Below are positions 26,801 through 32,949 of a stretch of DNA of 34,086 nt, piece by piece. Source of the DNA: Candidatus Methanophagales archaeon (GTDB lineage Archaea; Halobacteriota; Syntropharchaeia; Alkanophagales; Methanospirareceae). The notes beneath the pieces were generated by a model, which saw only the letters and a list, made by a program, of their open reading frames with translations, was not told the DNA's origin and made no database searches. How positions within the stretch are numbered: the first letter of the stretch is position 1; the number at the start of each line of letters is the position of its first letter. Location: positions 1 to 34,086 of the forward strand of contig JAPWVK010000159.1 in assembly GCA_029241965.1 (NCBI GenBank), given 5' to 3'. Both the position numbers and the translations under genes were made by a program.

Positions 26801-29800
26801 GTTAGTTTTATTATTGGTGAGAGAAATGGCCGAAATAGTTGTTAAGGTTCCAGAGGATATTGGTATAGAGCTTGGTAGGGTTTCAGAAGAGAATTGGCAA
26901 TTGTTATTCTCAAGATTCCTGAGAAGAGAGCTGGAAGAAATAAGAGGGATCGAAGCGATAGTATCTAAATCAAAACTAACAGAGGAGCAAGCCAAAGAAT
27001 TAGCAGATGAAGTAAGTTTAGCGATAGCTAAAAGACTTCTTGAGAAGTGATTCGAGATGTTATTGGTAGTTGACGCTAATGTCGTATTCTCAGCACTAAT
27101 AAGAAGAGGCAAGCCATTAAGGGTATTTGAGTTGAACAAGCTTCTCATGAAATTTGAATTTATTGCACCAGAGTTCCTGTTCTTTGAGGTGGGTAAAAGA
27201 ATGGATAAAATACTCAAGCTCACAGATTTATCTAAAGAAGAGTTCATAACGGTTTTTTCATTCATTAAGAATGAACTCGAGCTAATTCCTCTTGAAACAT
27301 TTGAAGATAAAGTTGATGAAGCCAAGGAGAGATCACCACACTTGAAGGATATGCCATATGTTGCTTTATCCCTCAAATTCGATTGTAAGATTCTGTCTGG
27401 AGATAAAGGAATAAAGGAATGCTTGCCTGGTAGAGTCATCATACCATCTAAAGCCTTAAGAATTCTATTTGGGAGGACTGCACCATAAACCTTATGCTCA
27501 GGCGAAACCAGCAGTTGACTGCCATCTTCCAGAGTAAGCTCGAACATCGCATCCGAATAGTCGTATTCCAGATATTTAATCGGTTTCTGATTGCAAAAAA
27601 GTTTTGTGTGTTCTTTTGTAATTTGTGGTTTCCTTGTGGTTTCGTTATGCCGTTTCACCAGCACGATGTCGTTCGGGACGTCAACGTCATAAATCTTGCC
27701 GGTATAAGGGACTTCTTCGATTTTTTTTACTGCTACGGGATTCAGCTCGGAGTCAAGGAATACTAACTGTTTGTCTGATAGCTTGTCATAGAGTTCCGAT
27801 ATTTTTAGCAATGAATAAGTATTTAAATACAGCAAGCCAGTCTTATAATTAGGGGCGATAGAAATGTCAGAGTTAGTTGTTGAGGTTCCAGGATTGCTTA
27901 GAGGAGAGGTTGGTAAGCTAGAGCGAGAGATAGAGGAGCTAATATCGTGGGAGGAGAAGCGTAAATTACTCTCTCTGTTCATGGATGAGGTTATGAAAGA
28001 TGCTAAACAGTTGAGCGAAGACGAACTGGTTACACTTGGAAGAGAGATTAAGAAAGGCAGGTTTGAAAAGCTCAAGCAAAGGGGGTTTGTATGAGTGCGG
28101 TTAGTTGCTGACACAACCGAACTCTTCTCGTTCTTCAACGCTCGGTCAAAGGCAAGGGAGTTATCCATAATCCCTGAATTGGAATTACATTCCCCCTCCT
28201 TTTCTTTATATGAACTCAAAGAACATAAATCCAAGATTCTTACGAGTTTCTCGTTGACCGAGACACAGTTTCTATTGATAATGAAGTTGCTTAAGACCGT
28301 TGTAAAAGTTGCTAAAGAGGAAGAATACTCGGATTTTCTATCGGAGGCTAAGGAAATATCTCCAGACCCTAACGATGTAGATTTCTTTGCGTTGGCTCTG
28401 AAACTGAACTGTCCGCTTTGGTCAGAGGATAAGCTGCTAAAGGGGCAGTCTAAGGTTAAGGTACTCTCTACAAAAGATTTACTTGAACTTTTATCTCTCA
28501 TCAGCCCATAAACCTTATGCTCAGGCGAAACCAGCAGTTTACTGCCATCCGCCAGAGTAAGCTTGAACATCGCATCCGAATAGTCGTATTCCAGATATTT
28601 AATCGGTTTCTGCCATTCCTGCTCTCCCGTCTCCTGGTTTAAAGTCAGAACTTCTTCTTCTGGTTCTAAATCTTTGAACAGTTTCCAGCCTTCTTTTGTT
28701 AGAACCTCGGTTTCTTCGTCGTAACATTCGTACGGTTGGTTAGTCCAGGTCGTCCCGTTAACCGCGGTTATAGTCAAATCCGCAGTTCCTTCCGTCTCGA
28801 ACTTGACAGACCAGTTTCCACCTACTGCTGGATAAGACTGGACATTAATTATACTAATCGGATCAACAGCAACATACCAGGGTCTTGCCTCTGTAAATGT
28901 TTCTGAATCATAACTAATTTCCGCAGTACCTAAAGCGTACAAATAAGGCCACACAGGAGGAACTGCGTAAGAATAACTGACAGATGTTTTCTTGCCAATT
29001 AAATCTTTATTCCAGGTTATTGTCTTTGTATCGTCTTCCTGCATAACCGTAGCGGCATCCGTTGAATACACATCGAACTCAGCAGGCACAAATTCTTTTA
29101 ACGTTACGGATTCCGCATCAGTAAAGCATTCTACGTCAATCCTGACCTCAAACCTGTCCTGCAGTGTGGGGTCTATCTTGCTTTGTGTCGTTCTTATGAT
29201 GTCGAATTCATACTCCGGCTGAACCCGGAAATACGTATTGAAGAATACTTCAACGTTGTCAATTAAACCCGTGACTGAGATCGAGTGATTACCCTCTATT
29301 TCCGTTGGGTAATCCAGGTTATAAATGCCAGATTCGCTACTTGCGGTAATCGTGCCATCAGCGGTGGAATAAATCGTTTCCTCGTTATCGGGATTGTTTA
29401 CGGTTAAATAAAGATCGGCATTGCTGACTGAGTGCCCTGCTTTATCCAGGACAACGATAACGAATTCCACGGTTTCACCGGGTTTGTAGATGCTTTTTTT
29501 GGTGTTTACGGAAACAAGGCCCCACGGGAATTCGGATTCTAAAACGTAAACGTGCTCGTCCTTCACTAACTCCACACTTAATGTATATACGCCCACTCGG
29601 AATGCTCGTTCCTTAGGCAATTTAATTGCGAATTTGCCTTCGCCTTTTTTCGCTATTTCGGGCGCGATGTCTGTTAGTGCACCCGAAGAATCATAAACAA
29701 AAGTCTCTATCGTTTCGTTTTCTGTCACCCAGCGTTTCAATGCTTTTTGGGGTGCGCCAATAGCAGCTTCCTCACTTACAGTGCTAAGCATTTCCCGCGA

Positions 29801-30460
29801 TGCGTTTTCGGTAACATTTTCATTAAAAGTTTTCTGCGAAGCGTTTTTGATAAAACTTTTATTAAAAGTTTTATATTCAAACGAAAAAGTCGGTTCCTCA
29901 TCCAGGGAATAAGACTCTTTGTTTGCAATTAGTTTTGGCGGTTCAATCACGGATTCCGTAACATTAATATTACGTGATTCACCTGTTGATTCGTTAATCG
30001 TATAATTCAAACCGATGACGGAGGTATTATCAGTTGCATTTTCCGGTGTTTGTATCGTAACGCCCGAGGCATTACCTGTTGTATTATCCGTTGTATTTTC
30101 CGGTGTTTGTAACGTAACGCCCGAGGCATTACCTGTTGTACTATTATTAGTTGCAGTTTCAGGTGTTTGTATCGTAATGCCCGTGGCATTATCAGTTGTG
30201 TTATCAGTTACATTATCAGGTGATAGTATCGGATTTATCGGTGCCGTTACGTCCGTAATATTTTCTGACGGGGTATCATTAAGGTTAGTTACGTATGATG
30301 TAATGTTTTCAGGCAGCGTTGTGTTCTCGTTTTGTGTTGCACCAAAAGCGATTAAAGGCACGATAAGCAAAGCTATGACAATTGTAATGCGTGCGCTCTT
30401 CCAGTTTGTTTTTGCTCTTAGCATCTTTTCGCAGGTCAAGCTTCCTTTTCTATCATACAT
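23798..30460 (-). CDS. giant (2220 aa) secreted, sequon-rich surface protein interrupted by a composite Hint/intein region
   Basis: Single uninterrupted ORF. The N-terminal hydrophobic signal/anchor is ARITIVIALLIVPLIAFGA. It has three tandem ~19-aa repeats (GNASGVTxQTPENxTDNT) and very many N-x-S/T sequons. It is beta-rich throughout. The intein blocks lie at aa 579-1308. It is tightly packed with upstream genes: 3-nt gap, then an ATGA overlap. Confidence 0.85.
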   Translation of the reverse strand: MYDRKGSLTCEKMLRAKTNWKSARITIVIALLIVPLIAFGATQNENTTLPENITSYVTNLNDTPSENITDVTAPINPILSPDNVTDNTTDNATGITIQTPETATNNSTTGNASGVTLQTPENTTDNTTGNASGVTIQTPENATDNTSVIGLNYTINESTGESRNINVTESVIEPPKLIANKESYSLDEEPTFSFEYKTFNKSFIKNASQKTFNENVTENASREMLSTVSEEAAIGAPQKALKRWVTENETIETFVYDSSGALTDIAPEIAKKGEGKFAIKLPKERAFRVGVYTLSVELVKDEHVYVLESEFPWGLVSVNTKKSIYKPGETVEFVIVVLDKAGHSVSNADLYLTVNNPDNEETIYSTADGTITASSESGIYNLDYPTEIEGNHSISVTGLIDNVEVFFNTYFRVQPEYEFDIIRTTQSKIDPTLQDRFEVRIDVECFTDAESVTLKEFVPAEFDVYSTDAATVMQEDDTKTITWNKDLIGKKTSVSYSYAVPPVWPYLYALGTAEISYDSETFTEARPWYVAVDPISIINVQSYPAVGGNWSVKFETEGTADLTITAVNGTTWTNQPYECYDEETEVLTKEGWKLFKDLEPEEEVLTLNQETGEQEWQKPIKYLEYDYSDAMFKLTLADGSKLLVSPEHKVYGLMRDKSSSKSFVESTLTLDCPFSSLSSDQSGQFSFRANAKKSTSLGSGDISLASDRKSEYSSSLATFTTVLSNFIINRNCVSVNEKLVRILDLCSLSSYKEKEGECNSNSGIMDNSLAFDRALKNEKSSVVSATNRTHTNPLCLSFSNLPFLISLPSVTSSSSLNCLASFITSSMNRESNLRFSSHDISSSISRSSLPTSPLSNPGTSTTNSDISIAPNYKTGLLYLNTYSLLKISELYDKLSDKQLVFLDSELNPVAVKKIEEVPYTGKIYDVDVPNDIVLVKRHNETTRKPQITKEHTKLFCNQKPIKYLEYDYSDAMFELTLEDGSQLLVSPEHKVYGAVLPNRILKALDGMMTLPGKHSFIPLSPDRILQSNLRDKATYGISFKCGDLSLASSTLSSNVSRGISSSSFLMNEKTVMNSSLDKSVSLSILSILLPTSKNRNSGAINSNFMRSLFNSNTLNGLPLLISAENTTLASTTNNISNHFSRSLLAIAKLTSSANSLACSSVSFDLDTIASIPLISSSSLLRNLENNNCQFSSETLPSSIPISSGTLTTISAISLTNNKTNLLYLNNFSMPVTVNEKETVITNTINPNGLNTYSLLKISELHELPDKQLVFLDSEQNPVAVKKIEEVPYNGKIYSVTVPNRILLIRRKNSTPVWCGNSNYDLQLLALKCGNRTLDYQWRNNSLFIHNYSCNETSYETSKVLTSGKHALEFRFGGDVDYAYNQAGCPTFELISQEPATIYENSTGAFNVTWLVTTDATHTLNNSSVSLVWTLWDSVLDSYNWSLRVPSNNKSAVWALCNEQILRADNRNATIQRLNFEDNATITEGNVWKWAGADENTSRLTIQKVNDTHSYVHWNGTVENTVFENMYYLDRTRMQKEISKYYDIYKQGSTGYRAALVKFWDTEAIKGSSDYKIHIAFEATDLGASNNLDIYYLNDSYNITGGKPLESPYYTYLTSYTGTTVDDYTYEPYNSSFVTFTIGVNNSRVIGSDVNTTPHGYIYFRSPTATSNEYRLAYVDGTSGMNISFAQTNVAWTSTNDGSSFLQAAWTPKLFFDYSKSGMQHQMKLYAANASGSWSNSTLLTNDIRLVHYPPTVPHIRYFNISGVKDYDMNGSYDGIFDIGVGVATDPDGGTVVHNLTLCYPNQTFISIVNNTFTEADAAGGIADIAFNASNYSPGLYTLHCVATDDEGETSETWLGTNFTIDSQSPTITIDVPTTSVPIYKKGGEQFYVNFSYTEDNPKNYTVTIYNATATINSSSDTAYTPNSYVNASFYLNSSAAKGKYNVSVEMYDNASNYNISYQNQSVFKMGWSNVTWGSPSGGSSYESGAIITLTCLVRDVNTSSGIENYPVRFYNKTDSTVTYLGLNYTNSSGYAVLDWDTSGVAVGWYYPKCNITDNATLFYNVTADDEANTSIELSYATTLEIRNQTASQSISSINFSGATGATVVDPHNNADGSGNPQNVTSNSPVVTIYNPSSSTEYKIWLKVEEVNGWSTIINDEKFNVTANDTSPGAVGSWISLKSWGSYKDTGVRVSKGTHKDLYLAYELKGSGTGTSTVSVLGEAV
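26826..27050 (+). CDS. small antitoxin-like protein, cassette a (antisense inside the giant ORF)
   Basis: Starts MAEIVVKVPEDIGIELGRV and ends ...SKSKLTEEQAKELADEVSLAIAKRLLEK. The start is set at the internal Met (26826) by analogy with cassettes b and c. TATTTAAATA at 26785-26794 and a GGTGA SD-like motif precede it. It ends 6 nt before the PIN start. Confidence 0.65.
   Translation: MAEIVVKVPEDIGIELGRVSEENWQLLFSRFLRRELEEIRGIEAIVSKSKLTEEQAKELADEVSLAIAKRLLEK
27057..27488 (+). CDS. PIN-domain (VapC-like) toxin, cassette a
   Basis: 143 aa with a PIN acidic quartet layout: LLVVDANVVFSAL (Asp), FFEVGKR (Glu), SPHLKDMPYVALSL (Asp), KILSGDKGI (Asp). Its last codons overlap, antisense, the HKVYG block-B codons of Hint unit 2. 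Confidence 0.8.
   Translation: MLLVVDANVVFSALIRRGKPLRVFELNKLLMKFEFIAPEFLFFEVGKRMDKILKLTDLSKEEFITVFSFIKNELELIPLETFEDKVDEAKERSPHLKDMPYVALSLKFDCKILSGDKGIKECLPGRVIIPSKALRILFGRTAP
27864..28094 (+). CDS. small antitoxin-like protein, cassette b (antisense inside the giant ORF)
   Basis: Starts MSELVVEVPGLLRGEVGKLEREIEEL and ends ...QLSEDELVTLGREIKKGRFEKLKQRGFV. TATTTAAATA lies at 27820-27829, about 35 nt upstream. Its stop TGA directly abuts the GTG start of the PIN gene. Confidence 0.65.
   Translation: MSELVVEVPGLLRGEVGKLEREIEELISWEEKRKLLSLFMDEVMKDAKQLSEDELVTLGREIKKGRFEKLKQRGFV
28095..28511 (+). CDS. PIN-domain (VapC-like) toxin, cassette b (GTG start)
   Basis: 138 aa: RLVADTTELFSFF (Asp), SLYELKEHK (Glu), SPDPNDVDFFALAL (Asp), PLWSEDKLL (Asp). 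The layout matches cassette a although the sequence is divergent. Its 3' end overlaps, antisense, the HKVYG codons of Hint unit 1. Confidence 0.75.
   Translation: MRLVADTTELFSFFNARSKARELSIIPELELHSPSFSLYELKEHKSKILTSFSLTETQFLLIMKLLKTVVKVAKEEEYSDFLSEAKEISPDPNDVDFFALALKLNCPLWSEDKLLKGQSKVKVLSTKDLLELLSLISP
30039..30215 (-). repeat. three tandem 57-60-nt coding repeats in the giant protein N-terminus
   Basis: The plus-strand unit is TTTTCCGGTGTTTGTATCGTAACGCCCGAGGCATTACCTGTTGTATTATCCGTTGTA, repeated at about 30039, 30096 and 30156. It encodes T(D/G)NxxG(I/V)TxQTPExxTxNx(T/S) repeats rich in sequons. Confidence 0.8.
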
Positions 30461-30463
30461 ACA

Positions 30464-31066
30464 TTATCTTTTCCTTCTCAACCACACCACAATCAATATA
30501 ATTACGATTGCCACGAGCGCAACAAGATGATTATTCTCCTTTAGTTCCCTTGTAATAAGGGTAAACGGATTTTGCACTGCTAAAACGTTTACTGATGCAG
30601 GTATCAGGAGCCCCGTATAAACTGTAGAGTCACCTGCACCTGCTGCTGCCGCCGAAGCATCCTCAAACAAGATGTATGTCCTTCTTTCACCGGAATGCCC
30701 TTCCATGCCTGCATCTTCAGAAGTGGCACCATACAATCCAGGTTTTGCATCTTTCGGTATGCTTATCCGCACTGAAAACTCCTTTTCTTCCCCTGCTTTA
30801 AGTGTGTAATCCTCAGGAATTACCTCTAGCCAGCTCGTTATGTTTGCCTTCGCCGAATCACCTTCCACCGTTTTATAAAAAGTGCGCCAGTGCCCTATCC
30901 TTTCCACTGATGTGCACTCCAGCGTGACTGGTATAGTAAGCACATCGCCTGCATATCCTTCGTTATTGCAGATGGATAACCGATTTACCGCGGTTGCTGC
31001 TACAGATGCGATAGTTACTACGAAGATGAGAACCAATATTGTTAGTGCTATTGGTATCTGCCTCAT
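30464..31066 (-). CDS. anchored surface protein (signal peptide, Ig-like/CARDB-NEW3-like domain, C-terminal TM plus RRKR tail)
   Basis: 200 aa and a paralog of 31063..31722. The shared pattern is CNxEGYAGD...TSWLEVIPEDYTLKAGEEKEF...PGLYGATSEDAGMEGHSGERRTYI...YTGLLIPASVNVL. The fold name is a guess. Confidence 0.7.
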   Translation of the reverse strand: MRQIPIALTILVLIFVVTIASVAATAVNRLSICNNEGYAGDVLTIPVTLECTSVERIGHWRTFYKTVEGDSAKANITSWLEVIPEDYTLKAGEEKEFSVRISIPKDAKPGLYGATSEDAGMEGHSGERRTYILFEDASAAAAGAGDSTVYTGLLIPASVNVLAVQNPFTLITRELKENNHLVALVAIVIILIVVWLRRKR

Positions 31067-31722
31067 GTTTTCCTGCGCCTGAGCAGTATTACCAGAAGCA
31101 CAACGATTACCGCTAACATAGCGATAGATAGGATATTCGATTTTAGCGTGTCTGTAATGCCTTCGAATGGCGACGGTTTTTCGGGTGTTCCTAAAACGTT
31201 AACTGAGACTGGTATTCTAATCCCTGTGTATGTGGTAGAGCCCGCACCTTGCACAACAGCTTCTGCATCAGCATCCTTGAATTCTATGTAGGTTCTTCTT
31301 TGGGCTGCATGCCCCGCTATCCCTGCATCTTCTGATGTCGCACCCCATAGTCCAAGGGAAGCATCCGAAGGCACGTTTATTATCAACATAAAATGCTTTG
31401 CTTCTCCGGTTTTTATTGTATAGTCCTTTGGTTTCACTTCTATCCAGGAAGTTATGTCCATCTTCTCCGAATCGCCTTCTATTTGCTTATAAAAAATTCG
31501 CCAGCTTCCTGTCCTATCTGGAAGGTCACCATACAGCGTCATGTCTTCCGTTATTGTATCGCCCGGATAAGCATTGAGATTGCAGAATATTACTCTCTCC
31601 GCAGTTGTTGCAGATGCTATTTGTATTGGGACTTGGACAGTAGCCGAGAGTACCAAGACTAATAACCCGAACGCTAGAATTGTTGCTATGTTCTTCGCGG
31701 TATCCGCCTTTTCGTTTCGCAT
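31063..31722 (-). CDS. anchored surface protein, paralog of 30464..31066
   Basis: 219 aa with the same domain pattern and a C-terminal TM helix plus RRRKT tail. Its stop overlaps the downstream start (ATGA at 31063-31066). Confidence 0.7.
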   Translation of the reverse strand: MRNEKADTAKNIATILAFGLLVLVLSATVQVPIQIASATTAERVIFCNLNAYPGDTITEDMTLYGDLPDRTGSWRIFYKQIEGDSEKMDITSWIEVKPKDYTIKTGEAKHFMLIINVPSDASLGLWGATSEDAGIAGHAAQRRTYIEFKDADAEAVVQGAGSTTYTGIRIPVSVNVLGTPEKPSPFEGITDTLKSNILSIAMLAVIVVLLVILLRRRKT

Positions 31723-31855
31723 GTCTTTCTTTTACTCCTGTTTATTTTAAATGTTTTTGTTTCGTGTAATGCCCTTTTTTAAAAAAAAAAGTGGGGCGAA
31801 AACGCCCCGTTCTTTATACTCCTATGCCCCCGTTCCTATTCTTAGCTACATTGTT

Positions 31856-32419
31856 TTACAGCTCGCAAGTCACGTTAAACGTTGATGTTGCCGATCCACC
31901 TTGGTTTAACGCTGCTTTTAGCCAAAGCGACCAGTTTCCATTCGCAGAGAGTGTGGTATTAGGTGCATTTGAAATATTAAGCGGTACCTCAACGTCATCA
32001 GCGAATACTGTCCAACCAGCGGGCTTTGTGCCATCAGAAACATTCCAGGATTCTGATGATATCACATTGTCACCAGTCCATGCGCCTGCGGTTATGTAAA
32101 CAGTCATAGCTGCGGCGGTGTTCGTGTTGTTCAGGCATGCTACGGCTGTTTGATTAGTAGTTATAACTTGTGTTTGACCCGCTGAATTCGCGGGATCAGC
32201 TACAGTTGCGCCAGACTGACCTGAGAAGTTCCAGTGGGTGACTGCAGGAGTTGCTGCGCCAGATTGACCTACGATTTTAACCGCCGTAATGTTCTTCGTC
32301 ACAGTTGCGTTCTGCACCGATTCGGAACCACTTACCGGTAAAGAAGCAGAGAACACCAGCATCGCCACAACAACTGCAAGGATTAGTGACAAACCTATAG
32401 TTGTTTTATCTATTCCCAT
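31856..32419 (-). CDS. small secreted protein related to the C-terminal domain of the giant protein
   Basis: 187 aa with an N-terminal hydrophobic segment GLSLILAVVVAMLVFSA. The motif NFSGQSGATVADPANSAG matches NFSGATGATVVDPHNNADG near the C-terminus of the giant protein. Confidence 0.6.
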   Translation of the reverse strand: MGIDKTTIGLSLILAVVVAMLVFSASLPVSGSESVQNATVTKNITAVKIVGQSGAATPAVTHWNFSGQSGATVADPANSAGQTQVITTNQTAVACLNNTNTAAAMTVYITAGAWTGDNVISSESWNVSDGTKPAGWTVFADDVEVPLNISNAPNTTLSANGNWSLWLKAALNQGGSATSTFNVTCEL

Positions 32420-32949
32420 TTTTTATTTATCACCCCCTAATTTTTTATAAAAGATTTTACAATCGTCCCTTCTTCTTTGATGTCCATTGCCTGGGTATAA
32501 CACCACAGCCGAAACATATTTACGCTCATCGTTTTTCAGGTTATCTATTGTGGGACATAGCCATATTTTTGGTAGCTTCTTACCACTACCAAAAAATTAA
32601 TAAGGGAACGACAGTTAAATTGATTTGCGGTAGCTGCAAAAAAAATTGTGGATGTTGTAATTTTTTTTAGGAACATGTAGTACGGAGTTTGTACAGATGT
32701 TAGTGTCTCTTGAAGTAGTCAGAGGAATGATTAAATCTGGACGAAATAGAAGAAGAATTTAACGCAGTTGGCTGTGTTACTCACGGAAGCGAAGAGGTCT
32801 ATATGTAAAAAGCAGTAATTGAAGCGATGCAGCGCGGGATAGAAGAAAAGAGGCAGGGAAAAAACGCGAATATTGAGCTAAAACGATTAGAGAAGGGATT
32901 TGACTTTGGGAAGAGATTGTATAAGACGAGAGATGTTACCAACTACCAT

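Larger units (their letters stand above)
26537..28726 (-). other. composite Hint/intein region: two tandem units, each split by an antisense TA cassette
   Basis: Unit 1 (27644-28726): block A is C579-YDEETEVLTKEGWKLFKDL..VLTLNQETGEQEW, block B is LLVSPEHKVYG, and blocks F/G are VAVKKIEEVPYTGKIYDVDVPNDIVLVKRHN(939), followed by Glu. Unit 2 (26537-27643): the N-terminus is degenerate with no Cys (ETTRKPQITKEHTKLFCN-QKPIKYLEYDY...LLVSPEHKVYG). Blocks F/G are VPYNGKIYSVTVPNRILLIRRKN(1308), followed by Ser. An alternative end is VWCGN(1316)|S at 26513. Confidence 0.7.

Noticed and set aside
30007-30530. Regularly spaced ~57-nt direct repeats (checked as a possible CRISPR array) and the ORFs 30007..30189(-) and 30015..30530(+)
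   Set aside because: The repeats are contiguous tandem units with no unique spacers. They lie in frame inside the giant ORF, encoding TxQTPENxTDNT repeats. The extra ORFs are alternate-frame artefacts of the repeat.
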